Source: Eledone cirrhosa (taxonomy: Eukaryota). Taken from it: 64,000 bases of DNA. The notes below the pieces were generated by a model. It did not search any database and was not told the origin of the DNA. It saw only the letters and a list, made by a program, of their open reading frames with translations. Positions 1 through 13,009 of the stretch are shown piece by piece. Within the stretch, counting starts at the first letter, position 1. Each line of letters opens with the position of its first letter. The stretch is from contig OZ024742.1 in NCBI GenBank assembly GCA_964016885.1, positions 109,306,001 through 109,370,000 of the forward strand. Reading direction: 5' to 3'. Both the position numbers and the translations under genes were made by a program.

Positions 1-24
1 ATATTACCTTCCAGTATTCTACCG

Positions 25-67
<43 letters not shown>

Positions 68-639
68 TAGAAAACTGGTGGGTTATATCCGTAATATAAG
101 TGCATTCAGTCCATGGGACGAGTTTGGTAGAAGTAGTTCCACAACAGTTAATTCACCATTTCAGAGAAGAATTGTTTCACTTTAGTCGGATCATCAGCTC
201 GGTTTATATGAAATTATATATAAATGTGTGTGTGTGAAAAATATAAATGTGATATCAGAAAATACTATAACCAAAAGGTGACACAAGGGATACAAATCTC
301 ACTGTCATTATTAATATAAAATAAACGATACATTTAAGATTAATTAAATATACAAGCATAAAATAATCAAGCACATGATCAACGAACTGCAAAATATTTT
401 AACAAAACAAGACTGACCTGTCCGTTGTGTCTGGTTGTTGCCGACAAAGTAAGAGAATCAGTACTTTGGCACTAATTCTCCCATGTCTTCAGCAAGTAAC
501 GGTCAATCGAACACCAACAAAGGTGTATAGAATTTTATTACCCCTAAACAAAGCTAAATTCTAAGTAGGTTATCATAGCATACAGTTCAAGGTTCTACAG
601 TTTCAATGTATATATGTACATATATGCACACACACACAC

Positions 640-780
<141 letters not shown>

Positions 781-1143
781 GAGAGAAAGAGAGAGAAAGT
801 AAATAATAAACCAAGGGTATAGGTGGAACTAAAACAATTAAGACCCTGTGGATTGTTCCTAAGATATTTTTACGCTAGATGATTGTTGATTGTAAAAACA
901 TACTGCACTTAAGATAATGTTATTTCATAAAAATGTAGATTCTCTACTTGTTAAACTTGTTATAAGCGGTTCGTCAGTTAAAGCACTCAATGCTGTTACG
1001 GAGGCCAGTCCCTTGTGGAGTTTATATTTCTGTTTACTCGATGATTAAGACGGCTGTAACCTGCAGAGTGTAAATACAAGTAAACAGGAACGACGTCAAG
1101 GTTGCACCATAAGTAAACTTTAATATGTAAGTAAACTTTACTA

Positions 1144-1233
1144 GCATATGACAATTGTTTCGATATCGATCAGCTCAGGGTGCGATATTAATGATCAGGC
1201 CCAGACTCTGCATCAGCATCTCGTCAGATATGC
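1144..1233 (-). ncRNA. Type I hammerhead ribozyme with extended stem II
   Basis: Minus strand reads GCAUAU-CUGACGA-GAU...(~55 nt)...AUC-GAAAC-AAUU-GUC-AUAUGC: perfect 6-bp stem I, intact core, GUC cleavage triplet. Confidence 0.8.
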
Positions 1234-1555
1234 GATTTCATAGATACAGAACACATTCAAACTATTGAGAGGGATCAATAGATCTCTTTAGGTACTTATT
1301 TTGGGGTGCTGTGGGAAATGAATAAACAAATGAGTAAAGAATCAAAATAAAATTGGAATAAACATACAAATAAAATACAGAAAGTTAGTTGTCACTAATA
1401 TACCAGGACATCTCAATGAAAAGAATCAAAAAAAGCATTTAAAACATATTTCATCTAATGCCAAAACATCCATTGGGGGGAATACCAGCAAGACGAACTA
1501 ATATTAGAAAGTTTCGCTCGTATCATCTCCCGAACTCCAACTTCTGGAATTAAGA

Positions 1556-2035
1556 AATAATTGTTTCTACTTTTGGCACAAGGCCAGCAATTAACCAGTA
1601 CATTACCGGTACTTTAAATAATTGTTTCTACTTTAGGCACAAGGCCAGCAATCACCCAGTGCATTACTGGTACTTTATTTTATCGACCCAGTAAGGATGA
1701 AAGGCAAAGTCAACCTCGGCGGGATTTGAACTCAGATCGTAAAGGGACGTAACTATGCTGGAAAGCATGGCGTCCGACCCTCTACCGATACTGCCAATCC
1801 TGGTACTTTAAATAATGATTTCTAGAATAGGCACAAGGCCAGTAATTTTTTTTGGGGGGGGGTCTATTAAATCGACCTCAGTACGTTACTGGTACTTTAT
1901 TTTATCGACCCCGTAAGGATAAAAGGCAAAGTTAACCTCGGCGAGATTTGAACTCAGACCATAAAGGACCGTAACTCTATTCTGCAAAGCATGGTGTCGC
2001 CCGACTCTCTATCGATACTGCCAATCCACCATCCT
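1556..2035 (-). mobile_element. Cluster of tRNA-derived SINE family A copies (two near-full, one 3' fragment)
   Basis: Reverse complement has an A-box-like TGGCAGTATCGG, a B-box GTTCAAATCC and the body GCCTTTCATCCTTAC..GGGTCGATAAAATAAAGTACCAGT (resembles the Meta/MESC SINE domain). The same sequence recurs about 10 times in the window. Confidence 0.85.
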
Positions 2036-2770
2036 GGGAATTAAGAAAAAATAACAACAATTATCCCAATAAATCAAGACAATCAATATTTGAAGAAATT
2101 CCTTCATCAGAGGGATTCTTTGTAAGTAGAAAATTATTTAATAGATAGTATGTGAACCTTGTCGTTATCAAACAGCATGGTGCATTGAATAACATGCGTG
2201 TCATTCTACTTCCAAATGAACGTGTGTGGTGTTAATCAAGTCGATAAGACAGTATAAAAATAGTACACATTATACCCACCATGAACTCAACAATTAAGGA
2301 GTAGCAAATATCAAGCAGAAAGTTATTTGTCACTAATATATTTGGATATCGCAATGAAAACAGCCAGAGAAGCATTTGAAACATAGTTTATCTAATGCCA
2401 AAGCAACCATTGGTGGTGGTATTTGTGGTGGTGGGGAATAGAAGCTAGAAAAACTAATAGTTATCCCAATAAACTAAGACAACCAATATTGAAGGAATTT
2501 CCTTCATCCAAGGTTGTCTTAATTCATTGGATAATTAATGTTTCTTAATTCCAGAAAATACAGTCAGGGAGAATTTCTATTAGTTTGTTTAGCTTGTATT
2601 AGCCCAATGGATATTTTGGTATTAGATAAGCTATGTTTTAAATGATTCTCTGATTCTTTTCATTGAGATGTCCATGTTTATTAGTGGCAAATAACTTACT
2701 GTCGGATATCTATATCTATACACATATTACACCCCACCCGTCCCTTCAATCTATCTTATTTCTTATTCTT

Positions 2771-2806
2771 TCTTCTGGTGAAGGACTAGCGTCCGAAACG
2801 TTAAGA
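2771..2806 (+). ncRNA. Variant or decayed minimal hammerhead motif
   Basis: CUGGUGA-A-GGAC-UAGC-GUCC-GAAAC-GUUA. Stem II is perfect, there is one core substitution, and (TA)n lies about 90 nt downstream. Confidence 0.5.
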
Positions 2807-2911
2807 CCCTCTTCCTGCTATTTAAAGCGTTAACCTAATATATTCCTTCCATATACTGTACCGATTGTGTTGTTATTTCTGTTTACTTTATACATATATA
2901 TATAAATATAT

Positions 2912-3011
<100 letters not shown>

Positions 3012-4029
3012 AAATAACAGATTAAAGTTTAAGCAAAGAATCGCTGCTTTCACCCTTAACGGGATCTTCTGAAACTAACAAAGTCAATCTGTAAACGCAG
3101 AAGTGGATATTTCAAAAAACGTTGCGACCGGAGGAAGACAGGAAGACGATACTTTGGTTCGTGGAAACGTTCGCTGGCAAAGAACGGGAAAAACGAATAA
3201 GATACGTCATTAATTGGAGCGGTGAAAAACAATTACGCGCAAAGACAGAACCACGTTTATGGTATAAAAGAGGTCGTAGACTAATGTTCTCTTAGGTGGT
3301 TCATAGAGACGTTCTCTGGCAATGAACGAAAAAAACGAAGATAATACGTCATATGTGGAGCGTGGAGAACAATAGCACGCAAAGACAAAACCACGTAAAT
3401 GGTATAGCAGAAGTCGTAGACTAAAATTCTAACTAGGAGACCGAATGAATCTCCGCTACAGAATTAAGAACAAAGTAAATAAATACAATACAGAAGTAAT
3501 AGAAATAAATAAATACATACACGCAAACAAATACGTACATACACAAGCATACGCAAAACACTTACCATAGGTATACAAAACCACACACATATAAATATGT
3601 GTGTGTGTATGCGTGTATACAAATAAATAAATAAATAATTATATAAACGTATATAAATAAATAAATACGTAAATAACAAGCGCACACACATACCTACATG
3701 TAAATACGCGAATGTTCGGAGTCGAAAGTCAACCAAAACATGAAGTACACATATACACACACCCTACATACGTACGAACCTGCATACTCACACAGACGCA
3801 AAACTCCCGTATACACATAGCCAAACCATATGTACCAGAATAAAACAAATAAAAAAAGTTTATACGCCATAACATAAACAATCAAATATACATACGAGAA
3901 GGTATACGTACCTTCACGAAACATACTTACCTATGCAAATAAGTAATGGTATAAACAAAACATATACTTAGCTCCCACATCAAGACGTAAAATATCCACG
4001 TATAGATCGTACTATCCATTAGGGTATAA

Positions 4030-5420
4030 CGTGAGGCTGTAATACAGGAAAGTTTTGTGCAATTTATGTTTACAAGCCGAAATTGCCTCAGATTTTTTGT
4101 TTAAGATGTGGTCTGTGGGTAGAGTATTTCCAGGGCCTCAGCGGCGCAGAGGTCATAAGGTCTTTTATTTCCGTTATACGATCTAGCCCTAGCTAGGATC
4201 TCCCAGTGTAACTTATATTGGGTGTGGTTGTCTTTTAGACTCCAGATATAAGCTGAAAGTGACGTCATATTCCTTCTTAGATGGTAACGAAAAGAATGGG
4301 TATGCGTGTAAAGACGCTGCTTGAATCTATTGGCGGTTAACCCTATGTAGGCCCTACTGGACGTGGGTGTTACAACCTTACATTTGTAGACAATGTTACT
4401 AGAGAGGCATTTCCCGGATAGGGGGCAATCAACCCGATTCCTACAATTACAGTTAGTACTAACTACAGGGTTGCACGTGTTCCTACGGCTAGGTAGTTTA
4501 GCTAAATTTGAAGCTGTGATGTTATGTGCAAGGTTAGGAGTCGTAGAGTAAGAAGTTTTAATAGTATTTCTATTAAAAATTTTACTATATTTGTGTGTAG
4601 GGGGAAAATGATTCGTAATAAGGGAAAGAAAGATCTTAGCTAATGGTGTGGCCACCTGCATATTATATGGTGGGTTATACCAACAAATGCGACGGGATCT
4701 ATTTCTTCTAGGTCTATTTTCGTACTCTGTATATGCTACCTTATCGACAAATCCACTTTGAGCAAGGGCTTCATTGTAATACGTGGAATGGTCGTTGAAA
4801 ATACGCTCGTTGGTGGAAAGACGGGAAAGCCTCAACGAAACGTTTCTTACCAGGTTCTTGGTTATGCTGGCAGGATGGTTGGAATGCTTACTTATGTAAT
4901 TAAGCGTATCATTCGGCTTTCTATACGGGTAATACAACCCATTCAATAAATTGAGGGTAACGTCAAGGTAATTAACGACCGAGAGATTGGCCTCAACCTG
5001 TATAGAGAGGTTGAAGCCTTTAAAGAAGGCTGTGAGTTCTTTTCTGAACCTGTCGCAAGCACGAGGTCCGCACTTAGTCATGGTCAAAAGACCATCGTCA
5101 CGGTACAAACCACCGCCCGCGTTGGGGAATTCGTCCTTGATAGAGAAAAGAAGGAAAAGGCCGATAAGATCAGTAACCTCCGCAGAACACTAGCGCCCAT
5201 GCTCACGTCGAATGGGGTGCTATTGGATTTTTTTAAATCCAAATAGAGTCGTCGAAATTAATCACCGACTTTCGGGCATTGAGGATGACATCAACTTCGA
5301 AATCCTTAGCCACTGTGAGTGTTTTAGCGAAATTGACAGCTCTAAGGAGAAGTGGTAAAGTGATGGAGGAGTAGTAATTGTTGATGTCGAATTGGATAAA
5401 ACGGCAATGTTCCTTGTTAC
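4030..5420 (-). pseudogene. Penelope-like element (Naiad-like) RT + GIY-YIG endonuclease, 5'-truncated and disrupted
   Basis: ORF 4101-5108 has YRDDGL, YLDVTLNL, PYRKPN..YI..SNHP, WYNPPY, CNCR...CPLSGKCL and VYKC..YIG. Upstream frames give FDINNYYSSI; a downstream frameshift gives LNKKSEAISACKH. Confidence 0.9.
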
Positions 5421-5497
5421 ATACGGTTCTTATATATTTGATATATATTTATCCTTATCGAGCCCTCTTTGGATTTTAGTCTTGAAATTTATTATTA

Positions 5498-5558
<61 letters not shown>

Positions 5559-5822
5559 GGAAAAGAATGAAACGAAATTTCATTTCTCACTCTTAGTACG
5601 GCTGATACCTAAATATAAGTATGTATACCTACATACATATATGTGTACAGACGTACAGCAGTATGTATATATATATACATACCTGCACACATATATATAT
5701 GTACGTATGGGTTTACCGAACATTTATTATAATGTTCGGTTTGTTTGTAAACAAACAGCCCGAATTACGCCGTACAGTGCTCGGCAACCATCGTTGCCCT
5801 TTTGTTCAACACTGACACAGGA

Positions 5823-5865
5823 ACGATGTACTAGTTTCAAGCTTATTAGCTATCGTCAGCATCGT
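5823..5865 (-). ncRNA. Minimal type I hammerhead ribozyme
   Basis: ACGAUG-CUGACGA-UAGC-UAAUAA-GCUU-GAAAC-UA-GUA-CAUCGU: 6-bp stem I, palindromic stem III ACUAGU. Confidence 0.85.
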
Positions 5866-6258
5866 ATACTTTTCTGTCAGATGATTGAACGTTTGAAAGT
5901 ATATACTTTCCTTATGCATATTAACGGCTGAGCGGCCTAATTTGCATATCGAGAGAGCTAGTCGGCCGGGCGCACCGAAAACGATAAATGGAAAAGAATG
6001 AAACGAAATTTCATTTCTCACTCTTAGTACGGCTGATACCTAAATATAAGTATGTATACGTACATACATATATGTGACAGAGGTACAGTAGTATGTATAT
6101 ATATACATACATGCACACATATATATATATATATATGTACGTATGGGTTTACCGAACATTTATTATAATGTTTGGTTTGTTTGTAAACAAACAGCCCGAA
6201 TTACGCCGTACAGTTTTCGGCAACTATCGTCGCCCTTTTGTTCAACACTGACACAGAA

Positions 6259-6298
6259 ACGATGTACTAGTTTCAAGCTTATTAGCTATCGTCAGCAT
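6259..6298 (-). ncRNA. Minimal type I hammerhead ribozyme (second tandem copy)
   Basis: Core identical to 5823-5865 and 436 nt away; the 5' arm of stem I is truncated to AUG. Confidence 0.75.
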
Positions 6299-6600
6299 AT
6301 ATATACACCGTTAGTTGAGTATGATTTAGTAATTGCAAAAGAATGAGTTCTAGATATGTAAACATGGTAAGTTAGGCATACGGTTTCAACAACATATAGT
6401 TGAGGTTTAGACAGTACGAGTGGATCACCTACAATAATGAGATTCACCTACTGAAAGATTAACATCATGAAACTTGTGCGCCTAACAGACAATGTATTTC
6501 AAAAGTTCCTGTTTACACAAGAAACATGTAAGAGCTGACTAAATGCAATATAAAAAAAGAAAATTCCACCGCTTCTGTAATAATTCCATCACCCTCTTAT

Positions 6601-6659
<59 letters not shown>

Positions 6660-6661
<2 letters not shown>

Positions 6662-7090
6662 CAAAGAGATATTTAATTTGTTGGTAATTCCACAAATATA
6701 TTTATAACAGATTCGAAGCACTCGACAAGTTTTCTGGAGTGTAATATCAATGATATTAATAAATGGAAACTATATTTATAAAACCATATTTATTCTATTA
6801 TATATATTTCAAGAGTACCAAAACTTTGGTACGCTCGCTCTCATCAAATAAATACAAAATTTGTTTTACAAATAGTGACATACCCAGGAATCAGACCTTA
6901 ACAGTTCAGATTCCAAACGGAACCTGAACTGTTAAGGTCTGATTCCTGGGTATGTCACTATTTATAAAGCAAATTTTGTATTTTATCTGATGAGAGCGAG
7001 CGTAGTGTACCAAAGTTTTGGTACCCTTGAAATATATATAATTGAATAAATATGGTTTTATAAATATAGTTTCCATTTATTAATATCATT
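6660..7090. mobile_element. Palindromic HHR-bearing non-autonomous PLE-type element (family P1)
   Basis: Arms ~6748-6913 and ~6918-7090 are reverse complements around an AAAC loop. Flanked by (TA)n and homologous to 15586-16035. Confidence 0.8.
6979..7048 (+). ncRNA. Type I hammerhead ribozyme
   Basis: UAUUUUAU-CUGAUGA-GAG..GUACCAAA/UUUGGUAC..CUU-GAAA-UAUAUA-UA-AUUGAAUA. The mirror arm has the mutated core UUGAUGA. Confidence 0.7.
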
Positions 7091-7344
7091 GATATATATA
7101 TATATACAACGGGTATATATATATACGGATATATATATATATATACAACGGGCATTCGTTAAACTGGGGCCAGTGTACTTGAACCTGAAACGCATATGTG
7201 TGCGTTTGTATTCATTTTTTCATGTAAAAGATAGCAATACTGAACAGTAAATGAACGATTGTAGTGATGTATTTGAAACTTGTAGTGAATTGATGTCTGA
7301 AAGATCAATATGATCAACATCATATCTTATAGTAACCCTATAAT

Positions 7345-7650
7345 CATAGTGGAATAGGTCTCCTTTAATTTCGACGATGAGCGTTCCAGTTGTTCGATCA
7401 ACGGAAAAAAAGCCTACTCTTGAAATTAATGTGCATGGGACTAAGCATTCCACAGACATGTCTACCCATAACGTAATATTCATCAATATTCAGCGTGATA
7501 CTGGTCGAACTTACTCATTTTTACCATCTGAGAGGATTAGAGTAGAAAATGAACTGACTTGCTCAAGGAAATGAACTTACGTCAGGAAAGTAACTCTCGA
7601 CCTTACGGCGGTGAGAACGTACACCCTAACCAGTAAGCCACGTGTTTTCA
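7345..7650 (-). mobile_element. tRNA-derived SINE family B, decayed
   Basis: Reverse complement matches the recurring body CTACGTTA..GTCTGTGGA..TTAATTTCA..GTTGATCG..ACTGGAAC.CTC.TCGTCG. Confidence 0.65.
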
Positions 7651-7996
7651 CAATAATTTATAAGTGTTTTTCCCAGTCACAAAACTTTTCTCCCTGAAAC
7701 TATTAAATAATAACCGAACTACAGCAACAAACAAAACAGAAAACGGAGACAAAATACAACACTAGATAAAATTTCGATTTTTTTTTTTTTTAGTTAGAAA
7801 AAAAACAACATTTTCCGCTTTGTGTTTGAAAATATAATAATTTTGACAATGATGTATTTGCATCAATTACTGAAAATAAAATTATATACAAGCCTGATAG
7901 TAATTATATGTATGTATGTACGTATAGACAATATAGAATGTATATAAAATTTATATATATTGTTTACAAATATAAAGGTATATATATATATAAACG

Positions 7997-8027
<31 letters not shown>

Positions 8028-8513
8028 CATATGAAAAAAAGAGATACATTTACACACACACACATACATCATATATATATATGAAAAAGAGAGGTAAATT
8101 TACACACATACACACACAGATCATATATATACACACGCTTAGACACACACATATATGTGTTTATGTATGTATATGTATATTCTCTTCATGCATATACATA
8201 TTCTACACACACACACTTATAAGCATACGTACACATACATTTTCAGTCATAGAATATTTATTGCACACACATAATTCACATATACATATATAAGTGTTTG
8301 TCCATTTTTGTGAGTATATGTGTATGCATGTGTATGAAGGGGTGTGTATGTGTGTGTGCATGCGTGTAAGGGTGCGGGTGGGTGTGTGCGTGCGTTTGTT
8401 TTAACATGAAAAAACAACAATTTTCACAACTTTAATAACTCACTTTTGTAACGAAAATTATTTTGATAGTCTCCAAACATCACACAATAGTCCTGGCTCC
8501 TGCTTGATAAGAT

Positions 8514-8566
<53 letters not shown>

Positions 8567-8619
8567 TGTTGTTGTTGTTGTTGTTGTTGTTGTGGTTGTG
8601 GTTGTGGTTGTGGTGATGA

Positions 8620-8870
8620 CGCGGGACTGTGGATTTAGTGTGTTTGGCTCATGATCTTAAATTCGTGAGTTCGACTTCCCTGACAAAAATGAGTTGTACC
8701 TGTAATTCAAAGAGCCCACTTTTCAACACATTGTGTCACACTGAATCTCCCTGAGAACTACGTTAAAGGTGCACGCATCTATAGAAATTTCAGTCATTAA
8801 TTTCACGAACAGGCTATTTGTTGATCAAACAAGTGGAACACTCGTCGTCGGCATTGACGGAAGCCCGACA
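8620..8870 (+). mobile_element. tRNA-derived SINE family B
   Basis: B-box GAGTTCGACT followed by TTGTACCTGTAATTCAAAG..CACACTGAATCTCCCTGAGAACTACGTTAA..GGAACACTCGTCGTCG. Further copies at ~9600-9925(-), ~10175-10400(-), ~12650-12920(+) and ~54280-54530(+). Confidence 0.75.
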
Positions 8871-9508
8871 TTTCGATTCCTATAAGTGGCGAATTGGTAG
8901 AGTCGTTAAAACGTCGGATTAAATGCCTAGTTTTATACATCAAAAGGGAGAGTGACACGGTGGGATCGAGAAATTTAATAGTGGCAATTAACAGATCGTA
9001 ACTTATTGCTCAAATTTACATTAAGATTAATATTTACACCTGAAAGCCAAAGCTCTAGTGAAAGAGAGTGTCTTGAGCTACGTTCAACTATGTATGCTAA
9101 TATAATTATTACTTTAGATTTGATTAACTGCAATTAACTTGTTAATATCAAGTTATTAAAACAGCAAATTGTGAGTCACTATTAAATGACCTCCAAGTTA
9201 ATTTTCGGTTAGTTTAATGGACATTTTAATAGAAAATAGCTTCAATGAGGTTGTCTTCCGATCTTCTAGAAATAGAAACCAAACATTTTCCCCAAACACA
9301 GGTTAACTAACGTCTTATATAAAAATGGATGGATTGATTAGATGACGAATTCGTAAATACTAAGTGTTTGTAAGGAAAAAAAATATAAAAAGTAAACATA
9401 AATAAAAACATAAAGAAATATATTCAAAGAACACCTGAAAGGTCGATAAATAAAAATGACACTAATGTGATAATGAAAGTAAAATATTTTGTTATATTTT
9501 ATCTCTAG

Positions 9509-9552
9509 GTCAACAGATGTCGCTCGAAGCTGTTAAAGGTCACTTCGGACAT
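9509..9552 (+). other. Candidate 44-nt host micro-exon
   Basis: Pyrimidine tract TTTTATCTCTAG| before it and a consensus donor |GTAAGT after it. Two frames are open (QQMSLEAVKGHFGH or VNRCRSKLLKVTSD) and it is unique sequence within the window. Confidence 0.3.
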
Positions 9553-9952
9553 GTAAGTAAGGTTATTGCTTTTACAAAATATTATGAGGGAAGTTGTAAT
9601 TGGAATGGTGGTCCGCCGGTTTCGACGATGAGTATTCCAGTTGCTCAATCAATGCAACGGTCTGCTCATGAAATTAACGGAACACACACGTGGCTGAGTC
9701 TTTCACCGACAGGTGCTGCCCCCTTAACGTAGTTCTTAGTGAGATTCAGGTGGCAGAGTGTTAATAAAAAGGCCGGCTCTTTCAATTACAGCTACAGTCC
9801 ATTTACAGCTATAGTGTATGAAAGTGAGTATTCCACAGACATATGTTCTATTACCGTAGTTCTCAGGAAGATTCAGCGTGACAGTGTGTGACAAGATTGG
9901 CCCTTTCAAATACAGGTACAGTCTATATTGTATTATAATGTGACTGAGTTGA

Positions 9953-10172
9953 GGGCGGTGGATTGGCAGTATCGGTAGAGGGTCGGACGCCATGCTTTGC
10001 AGCATAGAGTTACGGCCCTTTATGATCTGAGTTCGAATCCCGCTGAGGGTAACTTTGCCTTTCATCCTTATGGGGTCGATAAAATAAAGTACCAGTCACG
10101 CACTGGAGTAGATTTAATCGACTGTCTCCTACCCCAAAATTGCTGGCCTTGTGCCTATATAAGAAACCATTA
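9953..10172 (+). mobile_element. tRNA-derived SINE family A, full length, inserted into a family B SINE
   Basis: GGCGGTGGATTGGCAGTATCGG (A box), GAGTTCGAATCCC (B box), conserved body. ATTATAATGTGACTGAGT occurs on both sides as a TSD-like duplication. Confidence 0.85.
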
Positions 10173-13009
10173 TAATGTGACTGAGTAATCCACAGACACG
10201 TGTACTGTTAACGTAGTTCTCGGGGAGATCCAGCGTGACTGTGTGTGTGTGATGAGGCTGGCCCTTTGAAGTAGAGATACAACTATTTTTTTTTTTCAGC
10301 CGGTTGCACTGGGAAATAAAGTGTCTTGCTCAAAGATACATTACGCAGCCAGGAATTGAACTACAATAGTGAGCCGAACGAAACACCTTAACCATTAAGA
10401 AACTTACCTTCACTAAGTTTTTAATAGTAACTAAAAGATAAACGTAAATATATCTAAAAGCTAAATACAATCAAACCATTGCAAAACAAAAAATAAAACA
10501 AATTAAAAGGCAACAAAAAACAAATCGCAAATATCATATCCTTCTTCGTGTTCACAAGAAACGGATTTAAAGGCCACTGCGTCTATTTATTTAGGAGATT
10601 AATCTGGCTTAACATTACTTAAGAATCAATATATTCTTGGGTGCTATTTAGGCGAAATTTATCGCCTCGTGTTTCTTCGATATTGCCCTAAGGTTTTTTG
10701 AAAAGAGAAAAAGTAGATTGACAAATGGAGAGTAATTAAGTAGATGGCTTAGAATTTAAAACAATAAGTGCTTCCTTTATTTTTGCAGAATTTACTTTAA
10801 AAGAAAACCACAACATATAGCTTGTAGGCATAACAATATACAGGTTTATAGTAGAAAATTGTTTTTTCATTCTCTCTTTCTCCTCCTCTCTCTTTCTCTG
10901 TTTTTATTTTATTTTATTTCATTTTTATTTATTATTATTTTTATTTATTTCCATTTCACCCGGCTCCGTGTAATGTGTAAAAAGAGTGGATGAAGTTGTG
11001 TTTGTCGATCAATATCGCAAGTCAGATTGAAGATGGAGTGAATTACTCTTGTGCTGTTGCATCAGACATAAAGCTGTTCTGACGTTAGGTCATTGCTTGA
11101 AAGACGGCGTTCACTTTACTTGAATGAAAAATACGAAATCAATATAGAGACTCAATGTTGGAGGAAAGAGGGGAAGATATTGAGCAATGCAGGGCAGGGC
11201 AGATGCAGGACATGACTGGGTTGGGCTAGAAAGGGCAGGGAAGGGCTGGATAAAGCAGAGAATTGCTTCTAGTATTTTAATAATTAAGTATTGTCTCTCG
11301 AAAAGAAAAGAAAAAACAGCTGATAAGTGGTCGTTTTAAAGATAATACACACAACCAATTGATTGACACACCGCCACCAACATCATCGTTATCATCATCG
11401 TCTTCATTGTCGTCACCGATATCAAACTTATCATCATCGTCGTCGTTGTCATCATCATCCTCATCATCATTGTAACCCTCACCATTATTGTTATCATATA
11501 GCGGGATTGGACGTCAGAAACGATAAAATGTCAGCCTAAATAAATTATTGATATTTAGTTACCTTTCTTTACGTTCAGAGTTCAAATCTCACTGGGGTCA
11601 ACTTTTCATTATTCCTGGGGTCGATATAATCAACTATTCTCCTCCTTCAAAATTTTCAGAATTTGGTAATTAATCCCCCACACCCCCACCCCACCGATGC
11701 CAACATTTCTTTCCATCCTTCCGAGTTCGTTAAAATATAGTGCAAGTCACATACTGAGATGAAGGTAATTGACTTTGTCCACCTCTTAAAATTACTGACC
11801 TTGTGCCTAAATTAGAAGCTATTGATATCATTGGTATTTTCATTTTATATTTTGTTGTCGAAATATGTTTATTAAGACCCCTGTAAATCTTGATGGCGTT
11901 ATGACCTGTGAGATGATGTGATGTAGGTGAGTGTTAAATGTGTAGTAGAAAATGCATGCTTAGTAATTTGTGTGAGCAGAATAAGTGTCAAAAACTAGAT
12001 TCGTCAGTTTACTGAACTGTAAGTTAAAATTATTTTATTTAGGAGAATGGGGGGAGGGTGAAAGACATAACTGAAAGAATGAGGCGCACGTTGTAGGGCT
12101 AGCACAGGTTGCTAAATACGCAGGTGCCAGCATAACTGGGAGAAAGGGGTGCACATTTTAAAGCTAGCCTAGGATGTTAAATATCCAGGCGTCGGCCCAG
12201 CACATCAGTAATTTATGAAGTTCACAATCTCTAATGTTACATAGTTTCAAATAAACATCATAAAATATAGTGAAAAGTCGTTAAAGTGATAATTTAGTGT
12301 TTTCTTGCAATGAAATATGTCTGTGGCTCATCGATAATTCATTCTTATATAATTGTCGACTGAGAACCAATAATAAACTGCGAATAATTATCTCTACTAC
12401 GGATTTATTGTGTCAACATGGCACTAAATTACTGCAATACTTGTTAAATATCTCCAGGAACTAAAACCTAATCATCTCTTGATTTTGCAACATTTTCCTC
12501 CCCATGGGTGGTTGTGTATTCCACAGATATCGGTTATTTTTGACAGAGACGGCGCGAAATCTCTATATTTTAGGAAGAAGGAAATTGGGGGTTATGATGT
12601 TGACATCTTTTCATGAACATAAACAACGTGAGGAAATTGGGTGAAGAAGATACATGGCTTTATAGTTAGAATGTTCGACTCATGGTTGTAAGGTGGTGAG
12701 TTCGATTTCTGGCGAGTTGTTCTGCATGACATTTTGATTCATTTTGTTCAAATTCACTCAGCCGAAAAACACTGGCTGTAACTGTGATTGAAAGGGCCAA
12801 CCTTATCATGCATTGTGTTACAGAGAACTACGTTAAGGGTACACGTGTTGGTGGAATACTCAATCAGTTGTACATTAATTTGACGAAAAGATTCATCTTT
12901 GAAACTGAAGGAAGTCCAATTCACATTATCATCATCATGTCTGATGGTTGGCTAATATGTGATGAGCAATTTCTCTCCATCATTCTCTATCTATAACCAT
13001 ATCTTCCAG

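Larger units (their letters stand above)
5553..6298 (-). mobile_element. Tandem (~1.7 copies) retrozyme-like / PLE pLTR repeat with two hammerheads
   Basis: Direct repeat starting ATAAATGGAAAAGAATG at ~5553 and ~5984. Each copy carries an HHR and the array abuts (TA)n. Confidence 0.8.

Noticed and set aside
162-202. Further hammerhead-like motifs (162-202 -, ~29150-29182 -, ~52425-52452 +, ~53940-53998 -, ~36480 -)
   Set aside because: Core or cleavage-triplet substitutions and weak stems. Counted only as decayed relics, not as functional ribozymes.
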